Shown: positions 7,050 to 17,618, numbered from the stretch's first letter. The stretch is 30,667 nucleotides of DNA from an uncultured Candidatus Saccharibacteria bacterium (GCA_964486395.1 CAZALP010000001.1:1-30667), one strand, 5' to 3'. A program made the numbers and translations. Notes: generated by a model not told the origin, from the letters alone.

Positions 7050-8501
7050 ATGACAAAGAAAAAGTTTTATATCTCAACTAGTATAGCTTATACTAATGCT
7101 CCTCCGCATATAGGTTATGCATTAGAGATAATCCAGGCAGATGTGATAGCTAGATATCGGCGGCTTTTGGGCGAAGATGTTTTCTTTTTGACCGGAACTG
7201 ATGAGCATGGGAGAAAGGTGGTAGAAGCAGCTAAAGAGGCAGGGAAAAGCCCTAAAGATTTTACGGACTTGCTTGCAAAAAAATTCAAAAAATTGACCGA
7301 AACTTTAAATATCTCTAATGACGATTTTATTCGCACTACCGATCAAATAAAACATTGGCCATCAGTAAGGAAAGTTTGGTTGGCATTAAGGGAAAACGGC
7401 GATATTTACAAGAAGAAATACAAGGGGTTTTATTGTGTCGGTTGCGAGGCATTTATTACAAAAAAGGATTTGGAAAGCGGTAAATGCAGAATTCACCAAA
7501 AAGAACCTGAAATAGTTGAAGAAGAAAATTATTTTTTCCGGCTTTCCAAATATTCAAAAAAGATAGAAGAGGTTATCAAAAAAGACAAAATTAGAATTAT
7601 TCCCGAGAGCCGAAAGAATGAGATGTTGAGTTTTCTCAGGCAAGGCTTGGAAGACATTAGTTTTTCTCGGCCTAGAAAAGACTTAAAGTGGGGGATACCA
7701 GTACCGGATGATAAAAGTCAGACGATATATGTCTGGGGAGACGCTTTAACCAATTATATTTCAGCTCTTGGTTATTCAAAAAATAGCAAAAAATTTAAAA
7801 AGTTTTGGCCAGCTGATGTTCATTGCATTGGCAAAGATATTCAAAAGTTCCATTGTTTGATTTGGCCGGGAATGTTGTTGTCTTTAGGTTTAGACTTGCC
7901 GAAAAATATTCTGGTTCACGGATTCATCACTGTTAATGGGCAGAAAATGTCAAAGAGCTTGGGGAATGTTATTGATCCTTTTGAATTGGTTGAGAAATAC
8001 GGAATGGATCCCGTGAGATATTTTCTCTTGCGGGAGATTCCGCCGACGGAAGATGGAGACTTTACGCGCGAAAAATTTGAGGGGCGCTATAATTCTGACT
8101 TGGCAAAAGGGCTCGGGAATTTGGTTGCCAGAGTAATAAAAATGGCGCAAATTTCTAATTTCCAATTTTTAATTTCCAATAAATTTTCAAAAACCCACTG
8201 TTCCCACACAGCCAAATTCAAAGCGGAAATAAACAAAACCTGGAAAGAATACCATCGTCTCTTTAACGAGTTTCGGTTTAATGAGGTATTAATGGCGGTT
8301 TGGGAATTGATCGGTTTTTGCGACAAATATATTGAGCAAAAGAAGCCGTGGGAAACCAAGGACAAGAAAGTTATCGGTGATTTATTGCTCGCCCTGAATC
8401 ATATTGCTGAAATGTTAAGGCCGTTTTTGCCGGAAACTTCGGAAAAAATATTGAAACAAATAAAAAATAAAAAAAGTCAGTCTTTATTTCCAAGGATTTA
8501 A
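7050..8501 (+). CDS. metG: Methionine--tRNA ligase (short form, no C-terminal tRNA-binding domain)
   Basis: YTNAPPHIGY (HIGH-like), FLTGTDEHG, knuckle CVGC...CRIH, WGIPVP, YVWGDAL and KMSKS. Confidence 0.97.
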   Translation: MTKKKFYISTSIAYTNAPPHIGYALEIIQADVIARYRRLLGEDVFFLTGTDEHGRKVVEAAKEAGKSPKDFTDLLAKKFKKLTETLNISNDDFIRTTDQIKHWPSVRKVWLALRENGDIYKKKYKGFYCVGCEAFITKKDLESGKCRIHQKEPEIVEEENYFFRLSKYSKKIEEVIKKDKIRIIPESRKNEMLSFLRQGLEDISFSRPRKDLKWGIPVPDDKSQTIYVWGDALTNYISALGYSKNSKKFKKFWPADVHCIGKDIQKFHCLIWPGMLLSLGLDLPKNILVHGFITVNGQKMSKSLGNVIDPFELVEKYGMDPVRYFLLREIPPTEDGDFTREKFEGRYNSDLAKGLGNLVARVIKMAQISNFQFLISNKFSKTHCSHTAKFKAEINKTWKEYHRLFNEFRFNEVLMAVWELIGFCDKYIEQKKPWETKDKKVIGDLLLALNHIAEMLRPFLPETSEKILKQIKNKKSQSLFPRI

Positions 8502-9409
8502 TGTTGATCGATACTCACGCGCATTTGAATTTTAGCGCTTTTAGGAACGATGTCGACGAAGTGATCCGCCGGTCTTTAGGTAATGAATTTTTTGCGAAAG
8601 CAAAAAATTACAGGAGTGGTCGGGAGAGTTGGGTATCCTCCCGCGATGGAAAACCAGCGAGCCGAAGGCGAGCGCCAGAAACCGAAGGCGTCTGGGGAGC
8701 AAAGCGGGAGCGGAACGACGTTTGGATGATTAATGTCGGCTCTCAATTGACTACCAGCAAAAGAGCTGTAAAAATCGCCGAGCAATACGAAAAAGGAGTT
8801 TATGCCGCTGTTGGCCTGCACCCCATTTATGCCCAAGAAAAATTTCAATATGAAAAGTTCAAGGAGCTGGCAAAATCAAAAAAAGTGGTAGCCATTGGAG
8901 AAATCGGCCTGGATTATGAGCCAGAATATGCCCCGTTCGCAGAAAAACAGAAGGAAGTTTTCCGTCAGCAAATGAATATGGCCATAGAATTGGACCTGCC
9001 CGTGATTTTTCACTGTCGCAAAGCGCACGATGATCTTATAGAAGTTTTGTTACAATGGAACAATAATTATACACCTGTAGATTTATTACACCGGGGAGTG
9101 GTTCATTGCTTTACCGGGAAATGGAGCCAGGCAGAAAAATTCTTAGGGATGGGGATGTATTTGGGTTTTAACGGGATAATATTTAAGCTGAATTTGGATG
9201 AAATTATCAAAAAAGTTCCTCTGGATAGAATTTTGATTGAAACCGATTGTCCTTTTTTGACCCCGCCTCAAAAAAGAGGTCGGAACGAGCCGGCCTATGT
9301 AAAATATGTGGCAGAGAAAATTGCTAAAATCAAGAATTTGGATTATAAAGAAATAGCCAAGATTACCACCCAAAATGCCAAAGAGCTGTTTAAAATTATG
9401 GAGAGATAG
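8501..9409 (+). CDS. tatD: TatD family metallo-hydrolase/DNase with an N-terminal insertion of about 44 aa
   Basis: DTHAH, GLHP, GEIGLD, FHCR, HCF, ETDCP and RNEP motifs are intact; extra segment at residues 29-72. Confidence 0.93.
   Translation: MLIDTHAHLNFSAFRNDVDEVIRRSLGNEFFAKAKNYRSGRESWVSSRDGKPASRRRAPETEGVWGAKRERNDVWMINVGSQLTTSKRAVKIAEQYEKGVYAAVGLHPIYAQEKFQYEKFKELAKSKKVVAIGEIGLDYEPEYAPFAEKQKEVFRQQMNMAIELDLPVIFHCRKAHDDLIEVLLQWNNNYTPVDLLHRGVVHCFTGKWSQAEKFLGMGMYLGFNGIIFKLNLDEIIKKVPLDRILIETDCPFLTPPQKRGRNEPAYVKYVAEKIAKIKNLDYKEIAKITTQNAKELFKIMER
8585..8716. mobile_element. In-frame 132-bp structured insertion in tatD (REP/MITE-like)
   Basis: 10-bp perfect stem with GAAA loop (8586-8609), CGGGAG/CTCCCG stem, CCAGA/TCTGG stem and CCGAAGGCG twice; the length is a multiple of 3. 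Boundaries are estimated from the TatD consensus. Confidence 0.6.
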
Positions 9410-9455
9410 TTTAAAAAGTCAATCGGGCTCCAGCATACATTCATTAGTGCATTTT

Positions 9456-9485
9456 AAAAGGTCGGCTTGAAAGAGCCGGCTTTTT
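9456..9485 (+). terminator. Intrinsic terminator between tatD and glyA
   Basis: GTCGGCTT-GAAA-GAGCCGGC stem-loop (two G-U pairs) followed by TTTTT. Confidence 0.7.
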
Positions 9486-9501
9486 GTGGTAAATATAAGA
9501 T

Positions 9502-10740
9502 ATGGACATTAAAAAAATCAAAAAAATCGATCCGAAAATAGCTGAATTAATCAAAAAAGAAGAAGAGCGCCAAAAAAACACTCTCAACCTGATAGCCTCC
9601 GAGAATTATCCTTCTCGGGCGGTCAAAGAAGCTTTGGGTTCTATTTTCGTTGCCAAATATGCTGAGGGGAGGCCGCATAAAAGATATTACGGAGGCATGG
9701 AAAACATCGACGAACTGGAAACTCTTGTGGAGAAAAGAGCGCTTAAGGCTTTTGGGTTGGATTCTAAAAAATGGGCCGTTAACGTACAGCCTCTTTCCGG
9801 AGCTCCGGCCAATTACGAAATATTAAGAGGCCTTCTGAATTTAAAAGATAAGATCCTTTCTCTCCATTTATCTCATGGCGGGCATTTGAGCCAGGGAGCA
9901 AAAGTTTCCCTGAGCGGCAGGGATTTCAAGCCTGTTTACTATTATTTGGGAAAAGACGGATTTTTGGACTATGAGGAAATTGAAAAAGTAGCCCAGAAAG
10001 AGAAACCGAAGCTTATCATTGTAGGCTACAGTGCTTATCCTCGCAAAGTCGATTTCAAGAGGTTTTCGCAGATTGCCAGAAAAGTTGGAGCTTACCTTTT
10101 GGCAGACACCTCGCACATTACCGGTCTTATCGTTGGCGGAGTTCACCCCAGCCCTTTTCCCTGGGTCGATATTTTGATGACCACTACTCATAAAACATTA
10201 AGGGGTCCCCGGGGGGCTATGATTATCTGTCGGAAGGAATTAGAGCAGAAGATTTTTCCCAAGGTTTTTCCGGGATTACAAGGCGGTCCCCATGAACATA
10301 CAATTTGCGCCATTGGCGTGGCTTTGAAGGAGGCGATGTCTCCGGCTTTCAGGAAATATGCCAAGCAGATTGTTAAGAATGCGAAAGTTTTATCCCAGGA
10401 GTTGGAAAAATACGGCTTTGATTTGGTTTCCGGCGGCACCGATAATCATTTGGTTTTGATTGACTTGAGGAATAAGAATATTACGGGGAAACCCTGCCAA
10501 GAATTACTGGAAAAAGCCGGGATAGTAACAAATAGGAACACCATACCTTATAACCCCGGGACTTCTTACGATCCTTCGGGAATTCGTTTGGGAACGCCGG
10601 CTTTAACTACCAGGGGGATGAAGGAAAAAGAGATGAGAATGGTTGCCGGCTGGATAAATGAAGTCCTCAGTAATCCCAAAAGCGTAAAGGAAATTAGGGG
10701 AAAAGTTAAAGCGCTCTGCAAGAAATTTCCGCTTCCTTAA
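9502..10740 (+). CDS. glyA: Serine hydroxymethyltransferase
   Basis: LIASEN, KYAEG, RYYGG, HGGHLS, PLP lysine motif TTTHKTLRGPRG, QGGP, SGIRLGTPA. Confidence 0.98.
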   Translation: MDIKKIKKIDPKIAELIKKEEERQKNTLNLIASENYPSRAVKEALGSIFVAKYAEGRPHKRYYGGMENIDELETLVEKRALKAFGLDSKKWAVNVQPLSGAPANYEILRGLLNLKDKILSLHLSHGGHLSQGAKVSLSGRDFKPVYYYLGKDGFLDYEEIEKVAQKEKPKLIIVGYSAYPRKVDFKRFSQIARKVGAYLLADTSHITGLIVGGVHPSPFPWVDILMTTTHKTLRGPRGAMIICRKELEQKIFPKVFPGLQGGPHEHTICAIGVALKEAMSPAFRKYAKQIVKNAKVLSQELEKYGFDLVSGGTDNHLVLIDLRNKNITGKPCQELLEKAGIVTNRNTIPYNPGTSYDPSGIRLGTPALTTRGMKEKEMRMVAGWINEVLSNPKSVKEIRGKVKALCKKFPLP

Positions 10741-10762
10741 ATTAAACGCTCGGCGATAAGAT

Positions 10763-10907
10763 TCGGAATTAGTCGCACGAAAAACCGCAGTCGCTCGTCC
10801 AGCGCGCTCGCGCTGCTCGAACCTCGGGCTCGCTCTTCTGCCAGACACTTTGGCAGAAACCACGCCCGCTCGCCCTGCGGAACGTTTTTCTTAGCGACTG
10901 ATTCCGA
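10763..10907. ncRNA. GC-rich multi-branched structured element between glyA and folD (ncRNA or REP-like; function unknown)
   Basis: 14-bp closing stem (10763-10776/10894-10907), 7-bp GAAAAAC/GTTTTTC stem, CGCAG/CTGCG stem, two inner hairpins and five GCTCG motifs. Confidence 0.5.
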
Positions 10908-10918
10908 GTTCACTAATT

Positions 10919-11686
10919 ATGGCTATTATTTTGGACGGCAAAAAATTATCAGAAAAGATTTTAGAGGATCTTAGAAAGAAGATTAAAAAGAGCGGCAAAA
11001 AGTTAAAACTTGCCGCTGTTTTGGTTGGGGAAGATGAACGATCAAAGATTTTCCTTCGTCAGAAAGAAAAAGCCTGTAAAAAAGTCGGCGTTGACTTTAA
11101 GCTTTACCAGTTTTCCCAAGATATTGGCCAGGAAAAATTAGCCAAAGAAGTAAAGACGATAGGGCGTCACAAATTATGCCATGGCATAGTTATTCAGCTG
11201 CCTCTGCCAGAATATATTAATGCCAATGAAATTTTATCTTTAATTCCGCCGGAAAAAGACGTTGATGCGCTTTCTGGCAAAGCTCTTGTTTTGTCGCCGG
11301 TTTTGGAGGGTATTCTGGAATTACTGAAAGAATACAAAATAGAGCTTAAAGGTAAAAAAGTGGCAGTCGTCGGCAGAGGAAGACTGGTGGGGGAACCGGT
11401 TGCCACCTGGTTTTTAAAACAAGGAATTGAGGTTGTGGAAAATGTCGAGGAAGCTGACGTTATCATTTCCGGAGTTGGCAAGCCGGGATTTGTCATTAAC
11501 GGCAATATAATAAAAGAAGGGGCGGTGGTAATTGATGCCGCAGGGGATGTAGATTTTGATAGTGTGGAAAAAAAGGCGAGCTACATCACTCCCGTTTTCG
11601 GAGGCGTAGGCCCCATGACGGTCGCCATGGTTATTAAAAACCTTATCGTTTTAAACAAGGTTTACCCGGGTAGATTTATGGGTTAA
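10919..11686 (+). CDS. folD: Methylenetetrahydrofolate dehydrogenase/cyclohydrolase (streamlined)
   Basis: ILDGKKLS, QLPLP, EKDVD, VGRGRLVGEP, ADVIISGVG, VID and GGVGPMTVAM motifs. Confidence 0.93.
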   Translation: MAIILDGKKLSEKILEDLRKKIKKSGKKLKLAAVLVGEDERSKIFLRQKEKACKKVGVDFKLYQFSQDIGQEKLAKEVKTIGRHKLCHGIVIQLPLPEYINANEILSLIPPEKDVDALSGKALVLSPVLEGILELLKEYKIELKGKKVAVVGRGRLVGEPVATWFLKQGIEVVENVEEADVIISGVGKPGFVINGNIIKEGAVVIDAAGDVDFDSVEKKASYITPVFGGVGPMTVAMVIKNLIVLNKVYPGRFMG

Positions 11687-11691
11687 AATAA

Positions 11692-14190
<2,499 letters not shown>

Positions 14191-14196
14191 ATACAC

Positions 14197-16008
14197 ATGT
14201 GCGGCATAGTCGGCTATTTGGGTAAACAGAAAGCAGTTCCCATTTTAATGACCGGCCTCCAAAGAGAAAGCTACCGAGGATACGACTCCTCGGGTCTTGT
14301 TGTTTTTGAAAATGGTAAAGCCGTTTGTTTAAAAGCAGTAGGCAAATTAGATAAATTAGAACAAAAATTACAAGGCAGAGAGATTGCCGGCGTCCTTGGG
14401 CTCGGCCACGTGCGCTGGGCGACTCATGGCGCGGTAACCGAAGCCAACACCCATCCTCATTCAGGTTGCAAAGGCAATATTTGGTTGGTTCATAACGGCA
14501 TAATTGAGAATTACAAAGAATTAAAAGAACAACTTCAAAAAGAGGGGCATAAGTTTGCCTCAGAAACAGACACGGAAATAGTGGCCCATTTGGTGGAAAA
14601 ATATTTTCAAGGAAATTTGGAAGATGCCGTTAGAAAAGCGCTGAAGCTCATTAGGGGGGCTTACGCCTTGGCCATTATTGCTAAAGAAGATCCGGGAAAA
14701 ATAGTAGTGGCCCGTCTTTCCAGCCCGCTTTTAATCGGGGTAGGAACCAAAAATGAATATTTTGTGGCTTCCGATGCCACGGCCATCGCTCCCTATTGCA
14801 AAAAAGTGGTTAATCTTGACGATAACGAAATAGCCGTTTTGACTCCTTCAGATCTTCTTATTCTTCGGGAGAAACAGCCTGAATTATTAGAAGCGGAAGC
14901 AGGGGATGAGGGCAAAAAAGGTTACCCCCATTTCATGTTGAAAGAAATCATGGAGCAATCAGAGTCCATAGAAAATTCCCTCAAAGGAAGAGTTCTTTTG
15001 GGGTCGGGCTCTGCCAGGCTGGGAGGATTGGAATTTGTCCGAGAGAAGCTGAGGGAGATTGAAAGAATTAATATTATCGCTTGCGGCACAGCTTATTACG
15101 CTGGCCTTGTCGGCGAATACATGCTGGAAGAATATGCCGGTCTTCCCACCGAAGTAGACTTTGCATCGGAGTTTCGTTATCGCAAGCCAATTATTGATAA
15201 AAAGACGGCAGTTTTGGCTATTTCCCAATCCGGAGAAACGGCTGACACGCTTGCCGCCTTAAAAGAAATCAAGAGGAAGGGGATTTTAAGCCTGGGAATT
15301 ATCAACGCGGCGGGATCTTCTGTCTCTCGGGAAACTGACGCCGGAGTCTATAATCGGGTGGGAGCTGAAGTTGGCGTAGCTTCCACCAAGGCTTTTACTT
15401 CCCAATTGGCCGTTTTGGCCCTTTTTACCTTGTATTTGGGAAGACAAAAAGATTTGTCGGTGGTGATGGGACAAAGAATAGCAAAAGAACTGCAGCGTTT
15501 GCCCAGTTTGGTAAAAGAGGTTTTGCAAAAAGACAACCAGATTAAAAAATTGGCTGAAAAGTACAAAGACTATAACAATTTTCTTTATCTGGGCAGAAAA
15601 TATAACTATCCTATCGCTTTGGAGGGCGCCTTGAAATTGAAAGAAATTTCATATATTCACGCCGAAGGCTACGGAGCCGGGGAAATGAAGCACGGCCCCA
15701 TTGCTTTGGTTGATGATTACTTCCCGACTTTTGTAATTTGTCCGACGGATTCTGTCTACGAAAAAACTATTTCCAACATTGAAGAAATTAAAGCCAGAAA
15801 GGGTCCTTTGTTAGCTTTGGCCACGGAAGGCGACAAAGAAATCAAAAAGCTGGCAAACGACGTAATTTACATACCAAAAACCCTGGAAATGCTCACCCCG
15901 ATTTTAAGCGTAATACCTTTGCAGCTTTTCGCTTACCATATGGGGGTATTGCGCGGCTGCGATGTGGACAAGCCTCGTAATCTTGCAAAAAGCGTTACGG
16001 TAGAGTAG
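14197..16008 (+). CDS. glmS: Glutamine--fructose-6-phosphate aminotransferase
   Basis: N-terminal MCGIVG, RGYDS, GHVRWATHG, HNGIIEN, SQSGETADT and C-terminal DVDKPRNLAKSVTVE. Confidence 0.98.
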   Translation: MCGIVGYLGKQKAVPILMTGLQRESYRGYDSSGLVVFENGKAVCLKAVGKLDKLEQKLQGREIAGVLGLGHVRWATHGAVTEANTHPHSGCKGNIWLVHNGIIENYKELKEQLQKEGHKFASETDTEIVAHLVEKYFQGNLEDAVRKALKLIRGAYALAIIAKEDPGKIVVARLSSPLLIGVGTKNEYFVASDATAIAPYCKKVVNLDDNEIAVLTPSDLLILREKQPELLEAEAGDEGKKGYPHFMLKEIMEQSESIENSLKGRVLLGSGSARLGGLEFVREKLREIERINIIACGTAYYAGLVGEYMLEEYAGLPTEVDFASEFRYRKPIIDKKTAVLAISQSGETADTLAALKEIKRKGILSLGIINAAGSSVSRETDAGVYNRVGAEVGVASTKAFTSQLAVLALFTLYLGRQKDLSVVMGQRIAKELQRLPSLVKEVLQKDNQIKKLAEKYKDYNNFLYLGRKYNYPIALEGALKLKEISYIHAEGYGAGEMKHGPIALVDDYFPTFVICPTDSVYEKTISNIEEIKARKGPLLALATEGDKEIKKLANDVIYIPKTLEMLTPILSVIPLQLFAYHMGVLRGCDVDKPRNLAKSVTVE

Positions 16009-16042
16009 CAGACAGCTTCCCGGGGATTGAGGAATTTTCGCC

Positions 16043-16071
16043 AAAAGAGGATTGATTCCTCTTTTCTTTTT
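16043..16071 (+). terminator. Intrinsic terminator after glmS
   Basis: AAAAGAGGA-ttgat-TCCTCTTTT 9-bp stem followed by CTTTTT. Confidence 0.65.
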
Positions 16072-16081
16072 GGAAGAAAAA

Positions 16082-16090
16082 TGATATCAT
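16082..16090 (+). promoter_or_regulatory. Extended -10 for the oxidoreductase operon (leaderless-like)
   Basis: TGaTATCAT ending 7 nt before the ATG at 16098. Confidence 0.5.
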
Positions 16091-16094
16091 TTAA

Positions 16095-17618
16095 ATGATG
16101 CAAAAAACCATTTTAATTGGTGGGGAAGCCGGGCTCGGGACGGCTGTCACCTCCCATCTTATCGGAAAAATATTTTGCAGCTTGGGATATTACGTTTTTA
16201 ATTACCGGGATTATCCTTCTTTGATCCGGGGAGGGCATAATTTTAATGTTCTCAGGATTTCTGACAAACCCATTCATTCTCACGAAGAAAAATACGACAT
16301 TATTTTGGCCTTGGACCAAAAAACCGCCGATATTCATGAAAAGGATTTGAATAAAGGCGGTTTTGTTTTTGGAGTTAAAGAGACAGAACCCGTACTTCAA
16401 AAGCTACAAGGCCCCAAGATATTGGCTAATGACGTTTTGATAGGGCTGCTTTTTAAATATTTCGGAGTGGATTTGAAAGTTGTGATGTCCGCAGCCGAAA
16501 AAGAGTTCGGTCAAAAATCGAAATTAATCAAGCAAGCTATCGAGGAGGGCTACGGGCTGACAGACGTAAAGGAAAAGCTGGAAAAAGTCGACAAGGAAAA
16601 ATACTTTATTTCCGGCAACGAAGCCATAGGCATAGGGTCTATTGCCGGGAATGTGGATATACATTTGGCCTATCCCATGACTCCCGCGAGTCCTGTTCTT
16701 CATTTTTTGGCCAAAAATCAGCTGGAAAATAACATTTTGGTTTTTCAGCCGGAGAACGAAATCGCAGTTATCAATGCGGCTTTGGGAGCCTCTTTCACAG
16801 GCGCCAAGGTTCTGGTGGGAACATCGGGCGGAGGCTTTGCTTTAATGACAGAAGCTGTAAGCCTTGCGGGCATGGCGGAATTGCCAATAGTTATTTATTT
16901 AGCCCAGAGGACGGCTCCTTCTACCGGAGTTCCTACTTACACCGCCCAGGGAGATTTAAAATTCGCTTTGAATGCGGGGCACGGCGAATTCGCCAGAATT
17001 GTGGTGGCTCCCGGCGATCCACAGGAAGCCATCATCAGAACCCAGGAGGCCTTTTATTTAACCTGCAAATACAGGACGCCAGCAATTATTTTGGGCGACA
17101 AACATTTGGGGGAATCAAATTACACTTTTGACGAACTTAAAAAATCTCAATTAGCGGGTGTTTCTCACCCGGTGGACAGGGCCAACAGTTATGAACATTC
17201 AGAAAATGGCCACACCGTGGAAGACGCAGAAAGCGTAGCCAGAGGTCAGGAAAAAAGATTGAGCAAGATGCCGTTGATTGAAAAAGAAATTCAGAAGCTA
17301 AATCCCGTTGCTGTTTACGGTAAGGGTAATAATTTAATTGTCAGTCACGGCTCGACAAAGGGAGCCATCCTGGACGCCTTACCTGAACTTCCGGACTTCA
17401 GATTTTTACAAATTTCCTATTTGAGCCCGTTTCCCCGGGAGCAGGTTTCCGATGAAATCAAAAAGTCACAAAAAGTGATTTTGGTGGAAAATTCAGCCAC
17501 GGGCGCTTTGGCCGACTTCATCGCCGAGCAAACCGGTTTAATCATAAAAAACAAAGTTTTAAAGTATGATGGCCGACCCTTCACCCCCGATTATCTTATA
17601 AAAAACATTGTAATATAA
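16095..17618 (+). CDS. 2-oxoacid:ferredoxin oxidoreductase alpha subunit (gamma-like domain fused)
   Basis: IGGEAG, YPSLIRGGHN, SGNEA, YPMTPAS, ENEIA, TSGGGF, QRTAPSTGVPT. The start may be 16095 or 16098. Substrate cannot be assigned from sequence. Confidence 0.93.
   Translation: MMQKTILIGGEAGLGTAVTSHLIGKIFCSLGYYVFNYRDYPSLIRGGHNFNVLRISDKPIHSHEEKYDIILALDQKTADIHEKDLNKGGFVFGVKETEPVLQKLQGPKILANDVLIGLLFKYFGVDLKVVMSAAEKEFGQKSKLIKQAIEEGYGLTDVKEKLEKVDKEKYFISGNEAIGIGSIAGNVDIHLAYPMTPASPVLHFLAKNQLENNILVFQPENEIAVINAALGASFTGAKVLVGTSGGGFALMTEAVSLAGMAELPIVIYLAQRTAPSTGVPTYTAQGDLKFALNAGHGEFARIVVAPGDPQEAIIRTQEAFYLTCKYRTPAIILGDKHLGESNYTFDELKKSQLAGVSHPVDRANSYEHSENGHTVEDAESVARGQEKRLSKMPLIEKEIQKLNPVAVYGKGNNLIVSHGSTKGAILDALPELPDFRFLQISYLSPFPREQVSDEIKKSQKVILVENSATGALADFIAEQTGLIIKNKVLKYDGRPFTPDYLIKNIVI

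Noticed and set aside
11172-11191. 20-bp CCATGG-centred palindrome in folD (AATTATGCCATGGCATAGTT)
   Set aside because: It overlaps the conserved HGI-x-x-QLPLP codons, so it may be a coding coincidence. It was not counted among the inserts.
14191-14196. Expected glmS ribozyme upstream of glmS
   Set aside because: Only 6 nt separate leuS and glmS, leaving no room.
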